Both the position numbers and the translations under genes were made by a program. DNA of 64,000 bases from Phoronis australis (Eukaryota; Animalia; Phoronida). The DNA lies in contig NMRA01000115.1 of assembly GCA_002633005.1 (NCBI GenBank), positions 668,899 through 732,898 on the forward strand, read 5' to 3'. Below, piece after piece: positions 1 through 12,381 of the stretch. The notes beneath the pieces were generated by a model. That model did not search any database. It worked only from the letters and a program-made list of their open reading frames with translations, and had not been told where the DNA came from. Numbering within the stretch: the stretch's first letter is position 1; each line of letters opens with the position of its first letter.

Positions 1-159
1 AAGGTGTTCCTCTATGCGCAAAAGGTATTTATAATAACGTGACTTTGATGGTTTAGTCGGTGCGAGGCATAATTCGCCGAAAAGCTTCCGGCGTACAGAG
101 CGCCTATAGCCTCTACATCGCCTCTGCTTCGGGCCAACAGAGGCGATGGTCATTGCCTA
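1..159. mobile_element. Right arm of a foldback (palindromic) MITE, truncated by the window start
   Basis: Similar to 41820-41961 (GGTGTTCCTCTATGCGCAAAAGGTATTTATAATAACGTGACTT...GGCGATGGTCATTGCCTA vs GGTGTCCCTCTATGTACAAAAGGTATTTATAACAACGTGACTT...GACGATGGTCATTGTCTA). Confidence 0.7.
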
Positions 160-516
160 TGCACATTCAAAACTCGAAAAGGACGTTATCCCTACCTTCC
201 TCCGGAACGCCTCATAAAAAAAAAAATGTTCACCCCTTGCTTTTCATTTTTCCACTCCACTGCATAACAAGACTTTTACGTCCAACTTTTACGCAGCTTT
301 GCGGAGTCAAATTATCTGAAGTGCGGTTGCTAACACGGTGCTAACTCCACTTCTGTCTTCTCCAGTCTGACTCAAGACTGTGCCTCTAGTCACTAGTGCT
401 AGTGGCCAACACTCAACTAAGTAGGCATAGATCAAATGACACGTTTCACACAAGGCATTTTACTACACGCTATAAATAATTCTCCTTAAGGTTTGAAAAC
501 TGCTTAAAATAACTAC

Positions 517-583
517 CATGCAAAAGTTGTCTGTTGCTTCTCGCAAACTGACGGAAAACTCGCGAAATTCTTGTGGCTGCCAT
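517..583 (-). CDS. HADHA: First coding exon of a divergent mitochondrial protein gene, probably trifunctional enzyme subunit alpha (rest of gene left of the window)
   Basis: ATG at 583 gives MAATRISRVFRQFARSNRQLLH(G), an Arg-rich peptide with no acidic residues, like a mitochondrial presequence. The 67-nt exon ends at a G|GTAGTT donor. It is head-to-head with HADHB, the arrangement known in vertebrates. Identity is inferred from synteny, not from catalytic sequence. Confidence 0.6.
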
Positions 584-821
584 TCCTGACCGGCTTGCCA
601 GTGTACTTTGAACTCTCGTGACCTCTCGCACAACCACACCAGAGTGACTCGTCAAAAACCGGTCATTACTTAATGATGGCACATCAATTGTGGTTTTTTT
701 GGAGGTTATGAGATTATATCAGTGTTACTTAAAAACTTTTATCAACACAATAATGCTCAAATTAGTTAACTTTAGACGTACATTGTTGATCACGTGATCA
801 AAGGTCACGGTATTCCCGAAC
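584..821. promoter_or_regulatory. Bidirectional promoter between putative HADHA and HADHB
   Basis: 238 bp separate the two ATGs. Contains DR1-like AGTTCA-A-AGTACA (602-614, minus), an extra AGGTCA half-site (619-624, minus), the palindrome TTGATCACGTGATCAA (786-801) and DR1-like TGATCA-A-AGGTCA (795-807). Confidence 0.55.
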
Positions 822-3800
822 ATGGCTGCCTTATGGAAAGTTGGGGCAGGAGTCCTTGCAACAAACGGACGTTTATCTCTTCAAACGAGTAAGCAGTTGT
901 CTTAGTTTGCAGGAATTTTTTTCCCACATAAGACAGTTTTTAATTATAATTTAAATTAAATTCCTTCTTTTTTCAGCAAGCAAAATTCCGGGCGATCACT
1001 CAAAAGAGTCCTGCAGCAGTGGGTCCAGGATCTTAGCCTACCTCCGAACACGTCTCACCCTAGGCTCAGATTCGAAATTTTAAGCGGATTTGATAAGCCC
1101 TTCTTTCGCTTCACTTTGCAACTTTTGATTTAAACAAGTTATAATTATGAAATTGATCTCAATGTTTTTAGTCAATTTACAAATGATTTCAAAGATTTCA
1201 AAAACTGACACTGAAAAGCTCAGCAAGCTGACAGTGACAGGTCGATGGATAGGCAATTGCATACAGGGTCAGGGGCGATGCCCTGACCCCCCCCCCCGTA
1301 GATGTTACTCGTTTAAATTAAAACGAATAAAAACAAATGAAGCAGGTATATGTATGCAGTGGGTTATAATTAACACACACCTTGACTCTGGAGACATATT
1401 TTGAACAAATCCACGGAAATCTGTCGGGTACACTAAAGCTTCCCTCGCCTGGGCCCTGGTGCCGTTTTGAGGAAATTGAACAAAATCACGCCTGTAGATG
1501 AACAAAAAGTCCAAGGGACACAAATCTTACAAATTCCAGACGTTTCGTCAATTGAAGGAAAGTTAGCGATGACCAAAAAAAGTGAAATGGGTATCTTTGC
1601 CAAAGTCATCTCAATTCATGTAGACATCCTTTCATCGTGGATATGTATAGAACCGGAAGGGATTGCTGAAGATTGTAAGGGCTATTTAAGAGACAATTTT
1701 AAGTGTAAAATGTATTTTGTTGAGGTGAAAACCACTCGTTTGGTGACTGTATTTTGGCTTCCATTCGTTAAAGATACATGGTATGACATTAGTATGGAAA
1801 ATGATGGCGATGAGTGTAGCCCCTGTGTACTAGTCACCCAAGGTTGTCTAGTCAATGGACAGTTGTTATACCCAGTTCTCAGTAGTTGAGACTGTAGAAA
1901 ATTTGGTGATGACCGGGACTTGAGCCCGGGTTGCACGAGCGACAGTCAAGCATCTAAACCATTCGGCCAAGAGGCAATTGCCACTTGGCAAGCGGCTTAG
2001 AGAGGCTTTATCTGACTGTACGTGTCGTGACAACCGGAAGTCACGCTTCACAACACTACTCCCCCTTCCACGGAACAGGCGCGCTCCCTGGCTTTTAGAT
2101 CTCAGCAACACCCTAGCGTCCTGGAATTCGACCTCAGCAACGCTCTCTTTTGTGTTCTGAATCCACCAGTACCAGGTCGCACCCTCCCCATCCGCTGGTC
2201 TTAATCTCAGGGTTAGTCGTGGATTTTTCCTTAGTCGGGCGTCAATGTAGAAATTTTGGTGATGACCGGGACTTGAACCCGGGTTGCACGAGCGACAGTC
2301 AAGCATCTAAACATCTAAACCATTCGGCCTAGAGGCAATTGCCACTTGGCAAGCGGCTTAGAGAGGCTTTATCTGACTACGTGTCGTGACAACCGGAAGT
2401 CACGCTTCACAACAAGACCGCAGGCTGCACTTTTATCAATGCGGGTTTCGATTAGTGTCTGTACAAACGACTCTCTTTACAATTTAACAGTCTTAGCTGT
2501 TACACTGAATTCTGATCAAGTCTCCGACCCAAACACACTGCACTGCACATCTTGTTTCCTAAATTGCGTAATGCGCAAGATTTTGATTTTTTAATGTGGA
2601 CCACGTTAAACAGCATAGGAAGCAGATGCCTAGGAAGTTTCCATTTTTAAAAAATTTGCAAAATTTGAAACAGAAATATGCATTTAATATTACTGAAAAT
2701 TCTTGAATAAAGCATGAATGCTGGGGACGTACTTTTGGAAATGTTGAGTGTCGATTATGGTAAACACTTTCATGAGCCAAGTGAGCTGTCTTCCATTGCA
2801 TGTAAAATTTTGGTGTTGAGATCTGTTGACACCATTTGAAGGGCCCAAAAATGTATGGTACTAGTTGGATTTAGTAGACCCTGAAAGAACCAGTTTCATC
2901 CACTGAGTAACGGGTCCGTTATTCAGTGATTGTCTGGTTCTCTGAAACAAGGTCCACTATATCTGAGCAGTGCCGTATGCTTAATTACATTGATTTAAAA
3001 GCTTTTCCAGAAATACCACAGGATTCATACGGAAGTACGGAATAATGTGAGATGTCGAAAATGGGTTCACTAACGCTATATCGGCTTCAGAACGATTTAT
3101 TACTCTATGACTATAACGATTACTGTAAAATTGTTGTATTTTGAGTACATGAGCCAGATCAGTAATACTCACAGGCTGTTTACCTTGCTTATGTACTAGT
3201 AGGTCTGGTCGCCTTTGGGGTTAGTTATCTTGTGTTGACGCCGCTCTGATCTTATACGGTGATAGTGTCAGGGAGTGAGATAACGAAGAGATAATACATT
3301 GATCTATTTTTTGTTATTTTCAGATTTGGTCCGATGCATCAGTTTGTCTCCTGACCAGCATGCCTCTGCAGCATCCAAAGGTCAGTTAATAAGTTACTAA
3401 GTGCAAGTGCCATAATTTATTGTATGTTTTTGTAGAAGTAAAGGAATAATGTTCAATTTTATAGTGTTTCAACCTCCTAATATATGAAGCTATGTTTAAT
3501 TGTTTCCACACCAACATAAGATGCATTAACTTAAACAGCTGTTATAAACCCTCATTCCGCCTGCAATTTAACATTTGAGTTAGACCACCACACTAATTGT
3601 TATAAAACTGGTGTCCATTCCTCAGATTGGGGTGAAATGGAGTTTGGTATAGCCTCAGAGCAAACTCAAGTTGGCTCGTCACGGTGGGTCATTTTGTGTG
3701 CCCTGTATGATCTCAAGAAGTGATAAAAGTATCAGATCTTTCTGAGCCCAGAAGGTATTTCTCATCTGAGTAACTAACGAGCTAAGGGCGACTTAGTGGC

Positions 3801-6800
3801 AGCCAGTGGTTTAAATCGGGAGTTTTTCTTTTTACATTACCTGAATTTATAGATGCTTGAAGAGCAAATTTGCAGCTCAACCTTTCTGTGATTTCACAGG
3901 CAAGAAGGCCATTTTCCACATCCCACGTGACATCGTCTTGGTAGAAGGTGTGCGCACTCCGTTCTTGATGTCTGGGACACAGTACAAGAATCTGATGCCT
4001 CACGACCTGCAGAGGGCGGCCCTTCTGTGAGTTCAATCTATCGTCTTCAAGGGAAACCTTCAGTCTGCACCTGTTTAGAAGTCCTCCTCACGCCAGCAGA
4101 AATCAAAGATTTTGTGCACTACAGCATTTACCTGCAAAGCAATGTCTTAATTACTGTTGAAGAATTCTTTAAAATACAGATTTTGGGTGGTATACATCTC
4201 ATTGTTAAAACATTTCCTGCACCTGTATTTGGTGTTATCAGTCGTTTAGTCACATTATTTGATAAGTGAATTCGGAAAGTAAATTGTCTGCAATTATACT
4301 CTTGTGATGTCTTTTTCAGCGGACTGCTGAGAAGAACAGACATACCTCAAGGTGGGTGGAAAATCAATGTCTATTCACATGTTTGAAAGAACAGAAATTT
4401 ATTCATTTAACGTTTACTGTGATATTTTGGCTTAAACACTCGGGGTGAGTTATCGACATGCCACTCAAGGGACTGTCAAATGTTCTGTGTTGCTCAACGA
4501 AACCTGATCATGCCTAACTGTCAAAAGCAAACATTTATTCACGTGCTTCAATTTGTATTCTGGAGATCTAAGTTCTGACAGTTAAGCCATTCTTATTCAT
4601 TTCAGAGGTGATTGATTACATCATTTGCGGAACTGTCATTCAAGAGGTGAAAACCAGCAATGTGGCTAGAGAGGTCAGTGTCCTTTGTTATTTTGTTCAT
4701 TATAGTGTAATAACTAATTGTTGAAACTTCTTATGTGTATCTATTGCTTTTTATGTTGGATCAATTTCTTTTGTGTCTCCTGATGCTTTACTGTTTTTTA
4801 TTTATTTTATTAATGTAAATGTTTATTGCTTTGTCTTAAGGCCATGTGAATGATATGATCACTCTCATTGATGCATACAGATGGTTAGTCTAACATTTTC
4901 ACCCTACATGTAATTCTAAGGCTCTTGTAGTGTAATGGGGTGTTGGGTTGACCTGGCTCTAGAATCGGGAGATGCACAGGGAGTAGTGAAGGCCAAGTGT
5001 AACTTACATATTTTTATGTTCTGTGATTCAATACCTTCCACGTGAAGCTTATTTTAAGATTTTGCAACTAGCCCAAGTCACATGACCCTTCAATTTCATT
5101 TTTAAGCTAAGCAAGCAATGGTGAGTAAGGGACAAGCACGTTCAATCTTGGATAACAATACCAAATAAGTGACATACCTTTAGCCTTGATTAAGCTTGGT
5201 AAAATGCAGCTCTTAGAGTAAATAAGGCTGTTTTGACATATCTGCATGTGACGGTTGTCTCATTTCAGGCTGCCCTTGGAGCAGGTTTCTCTGAGAAGAT
5301 TCCCGCCCACACTGTCACCATGGCGTGCATATCGTCCAACCAGGCCATCACAACAGGTAGTCCAAGTGGACACTAAAGTGCATTTTGTAGTTTTCAAACC
5401 ATTATGATTATACTCTCTAAACCTTCAACTAGGGTTCTTTCTTCGCAAGTAGATGACTCAGTTTATTAGAAGCATGTTACGAAAGTGAAAATCATTATAT
5501 CGAGTTTTTACGTGACATTGTCTTTACACTCAGGGTTTTGACTGTAGTATCTGTGGCAGTTTTTCATTGGCTGATAGTTATAAGTTTTAATTACTTGAAG
5601 ACATTTAAAGGGTTATGTTGCAACCATTAAGTCAAATCAAAGTCATCAATTTGGAACTTGAACAAATTGAGTTTTGGAGATTCATCCTGCCAGAGATGCA
5701 ATTAAAGAGTTCTATGTTAACTTTAGTCTTAAAACTTTGTTGTTTGAAATACGTGAATTCATCTTACCGTATGGAGAAAGTTCTAGGTTTTTAAAAAATG
5801 TCATGTGGTGACGTTCATTAGTAATACTTTGCTGTTTGAAGTAACTCTAGTTCATCCAGAGCTGCCAACGTGTAAAATTGGGCTGTCAAATCCACTAACT
5901 CAAAATGTTCAAAATTTGGTAATCCACTTTGCACCCTTGTGCCTAGTTTCTTCAAAGTTTATACCTTAGTTAAACAGGAACAAGCATCCTTGTCGCCACT
6001 GTTGTGTATTGTGCATCTTGATGATAATCAAAGATATCTTGTAACGATAAATGCTACGTTGTATTCCAAATTAAAGGTAACTTTCACACTGAGGGCGTCC
6101 AGAGATGGCGCTTAAGTAAGTCTATACACTACAAGTTCTTAAAAAGGACAATTGTAGCTTTTAAATTATTTGAAAATTTCCTGAACATTCATTCAAATAT
6201 TGTACAGGTATGGGTATGATTGCCAATGGTGCCGCAGAGGCTGTCATCGCTGGTGGTGTGGAGTTCATGTCAGACGTGCCAATCCGTCACAGTCGCAAGA
6301 TGAGAAATCTGATGCTTACAGCCAACAAGGCCAAGACACCCATGGCCAAACTGGGGCTGGCTGCCAAGGCACTGCGACCGTCCATGTGGGTTCCCGAGGT
6401 GGGTGTGGTCTAGTGAGGTCAAGGTTCATGTAGACTTGGGAAGAGCTTGATTCTTTCCTTTGGACTTTGAATGTGCTGGAATTTAAAATTGACCTTGCAA
6501 ACTCCTGGAATATTATGCTTTGGTTTGGAAAAGTGTTTGAATTTCAGCAGTTACTGTTTATGCATCATTTCTTAATTGTGTTAATAAAATAATGTGGCAT
6601 CTCAATAGTGATGGTCTGCCCTGTGCTGGTGTTGAAATCTCAAAGGCCTGCTGTGTAGTTTGTAAAAGAGAATATTGGGCAGCACTAGCAATTAACATCC
6701 TCTGCATCTTGTACAGCACAGCTTTAAGAGAAATGTTTGTTTGCCTTAGCTTTAAACTGTAACTAGCCCCATTTCCATTAACTTCTACTTATGTGTGTTC

Positions 6801-9800
6801 TAGTTGCCAGCAGTTGCTGAGTTTTCCACCAGTGAAACCATGGGTCACTCCGCGGACAGACTATGCGCTGCATTTGGAATATCCAGACTTGAGCAGGTAT
6901 GGTGGTAAAGCGTGTGAACAGGCATGGTTGTAAACTGAGTGTATTGGACAGTACAGCCCCCATCTTTTCACATGTAGAAGTAGTGTTCGGTTTTTGACTG
7001 ATAAACGTTTGAATGGTACTTGCCTAATGGATAAATAATTATCAATTACTCATCTCGTATATGTTTACTTTGACTAAATTTTAAGGTGAATGTATCAGGG
7101 CTTGGAATTTTCCGCGGAAACGCGGATTTCCGCTTTTTTCAAATGTGCTTTCCGCTTTTTTTATAATATTTCCGCGTAAAAAAATCGGATTTGATATAAA
7201 ATTTCCGCGGCAAATTCCTTTCTTACCGCGGCGTTGCAGACGACGTTCACCTCGAAAAGCAAAAGTTGCTCTTTATGTTTCGGAGGAACGTAAATTGTCA
7301 ACATTGCCGTGGCATCTGGGATAGCGTGGTGGGATTTTCAATGGCGTCTCGTGTTATTGTTAAGCGCGGCGACAAATACTACCGCTCTGCAGCCAAAAAT
7401 GTGTGGGTTGGGAGTAGACGGGCGAGCTAAAAGGACACAGACTCATGCTACTGATGGTGGTAACGTTTTTTTTTTAGTCCTCCCGATTTTTGTCGGGGAA
7501 AGGTTCACATTGACCAGTTCAAGGCTGGTTATCGGGCAATGATTTGGGCCGTAAAAGTTTCAAAGTTTCCGCGTTTTTTGTCATTGGTCATTCCAAGCCT
7601 TGATGTATAATGAAGCTCACCCCAGCGTCTTTCCTTGCCTCCAAGTTTGCATCGTGTTCCAAAAGATGCTTCTGAAAGTAATAGATTTCATTCTGTTGTG
7701 TCGAACTACAAGACAAAGTGTTTTAATCTTTGTTTTTTGACTATTTTGTGTGGTGAAATTTAATGATCGTATAATGTCGGTTTCCTTACAATATTTATTT
7801 CTTCACACTGAGCTATTGATTTTGTTGTCGCAGCCCGGAACAAAGCTGGCTTTCGCTTTTGTCTCCAGAAGTCGATCTTTCAAACAAATAACTACAGACC
7901 TGATTTGATGTTATCACCAAAGCCAGTATTGTTGACAATCATAATTAGCAATAATAATTCATCATCATGACGGTAACAGTTACAGCAGCAGCTGTATGTC
8001 CAACACAGCATCGTGTGGCATAATGTAACTGTATATAAATGCTTCCTTGGAAAGTTTACAGTGTTCTTTCAGTCAAGCTTTACTTCAAAGGATCTTTTTT
8101 ACTGTCAAGTTCTTGAACAAAGCTGTCTGATTAGAATATGCCGAAAAAATGAAATTGGTTAAACTGATGTGCTGTTAACAGGTCTCGAAACTTTTTGTTT
8201 GCTTTTAAACATTTACTTTAAAATTAAATTATTTGCTTGCCTTGATCTCACTTGCAAAAGTTTGCCTTGTGATGAGGCATCCCAAGATGATAAAATGTTA
8301 TACGCAGGAGTTACGTATTTCATTCTTTTTGATCAAAATGTTTCTATTTAGGATGAGTTTGCCCTACGGTCGCACACACTCGCCGCCAAAGCCACTGAAG
8401 ATGGCAACCTCTATGACAAACTTTCATTCAAAGTGCCAGGCGTTCAGGAGACGGTTACCAAGGACAACGGTATACGCCCATCATCTATGGAGGCCATGGG
8501 TAAATTAAAAGCAGCTTTCATCAAGCCCCATGGAACAATCACGGCAGCCAATGCTTCGTTTCTTGTAAGTCATTCTTTTGACAGACTTATGTGATACCCA
8601 CAAAAGTGTGTGATATCGTTGAGTTGACAAAGCTAACCATTCAATAAAAGAGGGAATTTAATCAACTGCTGTTTGGTTACCAAACAAAGATATTCGTTAT
8701 TCGTTATGTTTATGTCAAAAAATCATAATCGACAAGTTATTAACTTTAATTTTGTGATTCATTTCTCGTGCGAAGTTTTTATATGCTAAATAATTAAAAT
8801 GGTGTTTTTTTTTGCGATGGGACTATGGTCTTTGTTACAGCTGAACTAAAATTGATTTGGTTCGAATACAGGACAGTGGCCTGAGCAAAGAAAGACCATG
8901 GAAAATAGAGAAGAAATAGGCATTATAATAGAAGAGAGTTTGCTGACGAGTTTTCATTCGCTTGATTGCAGCATACTAGTTATAACTAATTCAGCACAAA
9001 ATAGCCGATAATGGGATCTTCACTCAGTTCCTGTAGTGCCATTGTTTTATTTCATTGCCTCAAATGTCATTTTATTTCGCAGTGATTCTTCTATGACTTT
9101 CCAGTAGGCATATATTGTCATCTGACAATTGCATTGTTGTCAGTGTTGCAGTATTTTCAAGACGGTCAAAATTTCATGTTCTCAAACCAGTTTTGTGAAC
9201 ATAATTCGAGGTTTAATAACATAAATGCAACTTAACCTGCCTTAATGCTTGACCTCAAAAACCGTACTTGTTACTTGTTACAGATTTATTTCAACAATTT
9301 TCGTGACTATGCCAATTTACATTCAATCACATCATTTTCATGTTTCGAACCTGATGTAACACATTAACTCCAGAATAATATTAATTTACTCTTGTTTACC
9401 TTTCAGACTGATGGGGCTTCAGCCTGCCTTATTATGTCTGAAGATAAAGCTAAACAGTTGGGCTACAAACCACTGGCCTATCTGAGAGATTTCACATACG
9501 TGTCACAAGACCCAAAAGACCAGCTTTTACTGGGGTGAGTTGGCTGAAGACGTGAAAAGTTGTGATATCTCACCCTCTGTGCCTAATCAGTGATCTCCAT
9601 AACCAAATATTTCTGATTTTGCTGTGGCATCTTTGGCAACAGTTCGATTTGAACTCGTATCTGAGATTCTTCTGCAAAATGGGACAATTTGGCCACTTGG
9701 CACCTTTGACTAGAATCCCCCACAGTGTAAAGACTTGTTCATTTCCATCTAATTTTAGTTTTTTGTTGTGGAAAACATTACTCATGCCTGCAGCTGATAA

Positions 9801-12012
9801 AGTACTATATAATGTCATTTTTCTTGTAAATATAATTGGCAAACAAAACAATTGTGCTTCTAATCATTTCTTATTTTGTTTTGTTTTCTTATTGGCAGTG
9901 AAATTGACACTCTCAATTATTTGTTTCAGGCCGGCGTATGCCACACCCAAATTACTAGAGCGCGTAGGACTGACACTTCAAGACATTGACGTCTTTGAGT
10001 ACCATGAAGCATTTGCTGTGAGTTCTGTGTATTGTACAGCTCAGTCCAAATGGAAGAAATCAGGGCCTGTAGCCACTAAAGTTTACTTGGACCCTTAAAT
10101 CAATGGGACACTCTTTCTCTTGTACTCACTGGAGTAATACTTGCAAATGGCAACCACCAAACTTTTTACGTACCCAGATTTGAGAACTATTTTTGAGTTC
10201 CTATGGAAACCTTTGGTGTGATAAAACTAGGAAAATAAAATTTAAGTGCATTTTGAAACCTAACGTGCTCTGCAGTCCAGTCAACAAATTTCAAGTTTTG
10301 CAGTAAAGGAAAAAGTGTCAGAAAAAGATCATTGTCATTAGGATTTTTTGAATGAAAAAGTTCAGTGTATGTACTTCGTAAATAAAATTTTATGTATTTA
10401 ATATTCAAATTTCAATTTTAGTAATTGTACTCTTAGTGTGTAATTTTGAGATTTAGGCTTCAAAAATGTACCATATACTGTCAGTACTTTTTCAAGAATG
10501 CTTAGTAGTAAATTTTTGAGTAATTCGGTCAAGATTTTACTCTATTATTGGTGGTTATACTTTGTTCCTGATTACAACTCTAGAATTACTCAAGACTTCA
10601 AGAACATTTGGCAGAGTACATGTTTTTGGTCTCCAAAACATGAGAATCTTTGTTGGTCGTGGACCCAGTAGTTTATTCACTGCAAATACTCTCATTCATC
10701 TCAGGTATTTCTAATTCATTGATTTGTATTCAACCCACTTTTCTAATTTAGGGACAAATCCTGGCCAACTTGAAGGCTCTGGACTCTGACTTCTTTGCCC
10801 AGTCATACATGGGACGGTCTTCCAAGGTTTGTGTTCAGCATTCAATTGCATATCTTTTGCAGTTTTTGTGCCACCCTATACTGACAGAACAGGGCAATCA
10901 ATACAATACTTGCCAAAAACAATTGCTCCAAGTTCCATTTCCTCATCATGATTAGTAATGACTCGTCCTTTCAGCTACTCAGAGAAATGTGACTTGCACC
11001 CAGTTGTTCAGTTGTCAGGACCAGAATTTCTGGGTTGTTTTTTGTGATAAATTTTGTCATTTATTACTGTTGAGATAGGGTTGAAGTGGTAGAATTAGAT
11101 TTTAGTTGGTGCAATTTGCATATTACGTTGGTTGGGTATAAATGAAATCTTCACTTAGCTTGGCCAAAGTTCTGTGATATAATCTTTCTAGGCTGTGCAC
11201 GTAGCCCTTCTGTTGTTCGACTCATGTGTTTGGATATTACAGTTTGGAGCGCCACCTATGGAAAAACTGAACACATGGGGTGGGTCTCTGTCACTTGGTC
11301 ATCCATTTGGTGCAACGGGTGTCCGATTGGCAACAACTGCAGCCCACCGACTTATCAAGGAGGGAGGACAATATGCAGTGGTGGCAGCGTGTGCTGCGGG
11401 AGGACTGGTAGGTGGCGCTGCTGTTAGGCCTGAAAAGCATTGTTGGTTCTTGTCTTTGCCTGCATTTACTTTGAGACCTGCGCTCATCGAATAAAAACAT
11501 AAAATGCCCGTACGAATAAATTTCAGCCAAGGTCTTGTTTTTTTTTGAGAAGTTGCTCAAAGGCACGTAAGCAAGGTTTGAAACACCGTGATTTTCCAAG
11601 TGATTAGTAAAAAATCCTGCATCATTTTTGCTCATCTTCCGTGGATTTTTGTTGTAAAAAGTGAGCACCTGAAATATCACACTACTTCCTCAATCTTCAG
11701 TCAACTATCTCCTGTGGTCTTAGGGCTGGTATATATTACAAGTGGTAACCATGCTTGTAGGTGCTGATGTTGGAAGCACTTGGTATTTTTGATACACCCT
11801 CTTGCAAAAGTGGTTCATTTTATGTCCCAAAAGGACTATGGAATTGAGGCACCATTCCTTGAACTTCCGTTTTAATCTTATCGGCCATTTCCGAGATATG
11901 TTTCGATGTTGTCCAGATTTGGACATTTTTGTAGTGCCCTGCTGTACAACCGTAATTGTTTTTGGTCTATTTGCAGGGCCACTCCATGGTCATTGAAGCG
12001 TATCCCCAATGA
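822..12012 (+). CDS. HADHB: Mitochondrial trifunctional enzyme subunit beta (3-ketoacyl-CoA thiolase), 14 exons, 475 aa
   Basis: Exons 822-888, 3324-3380, 3900-4026, 4320-4351, 4606-4673, 5269-5356, 6208-6398, 6804-6896, 8352-8564, 9407-9534, 9930-10017, 10752-10826, 11243-11407, 11977-12012. All introns are GT-AG and phases join into 1428 nt. Thiolase motifs: [20 protein letters not shown] (catalytic Cys), [59 protein letters not shown]. Confidence 0.96.
1893..2414 (-). mobile_element. TRIM (non-autonomous miniature LTR retrotransposon) with tRNA-like sequence in its LTRs, Helenus-like
   Basis: Direct TG...CA repeats at 1893-2055 and 2246-2414; 4-bp TSD AGAC (1889-1892, 2415-2418). On the minus strand, PBS-like TGACGCCCGA follows the 5' LTR and polypurine tract GGAAGGGGGAGTAG precedes the 3' LTR. 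A box and B box are present in each LTR. Confidence 0.88.
7096..7602. mobile_element. ~500-bp hAT-like MITE with 6-bp TSD (family copy 1)
   Basis: TIRs CAGGGCTTGGAAT...ATTCCAAGCCTTG, flanked by ATGTAT on both sides; reverse complement of the copies at 29085 and 30606. Confidence 0.85.
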
Positions 12013-12375
12013 AAGACTCATCATCTCAATCAGATCATAGTTTGACAAAATATCAGATGAACTTCTTTCAAGATGGATTGTAATCATAAGAAGACATTGG
12101 ATTCTTATGTCGATTTTTTGTTTTGATCGTATACCTAGCCTCTGGTTTTATACTTCCAAGTCCTTTGACAGCTTTATTTTGTGTTCTGTAATCAATGGTG
12201 AATAATTTTTCAAGTTTATAAATACAAAATGTATATACAAAGCAATGTACATAACACGTATAAATAATAAATTATGAAACATGTTTGCATTGTCATTTGT
12301 AGTTTTAGTCAATGATGTGAATTTGTTTTTATGTTTACTTTTTGGTGGCAAATACCTTCAACAGCAAATTAATGC

Positions 12376-12381
12376 AATAAA
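12376..12381 (+). terminator. Candidate polyadenylation signal of HADHB
   Basis: AATAAA about 360 nt after the stop codon; another AATAAA lies near 12266, so the choice is uncertain. Confidence 0.35.

Noticed and set aside
1467-1889. 140-aa plus-strand ORF in HADHB intron 1
   Set aside because: Non-ATG start, no recognisable motif, and no splice context that fits HADHB.
1904-1976. Functional tRNA-Asp gene (and its twin at about 2257-2337)
   Set aside because: The acceptor stem does not pair, CCA is genomically encoded, and both copies lie inside LTRs.
1866-2594. Overlapping 60-146-aa ORFs
   Set aside because: By-products of the GC-richer TRIM sequence; no gag/pol motifs.
9562-10098. 178-aa ORF
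   Set aside because: Intronic read-through around the 88-nt HADHB exon 9930-10017.
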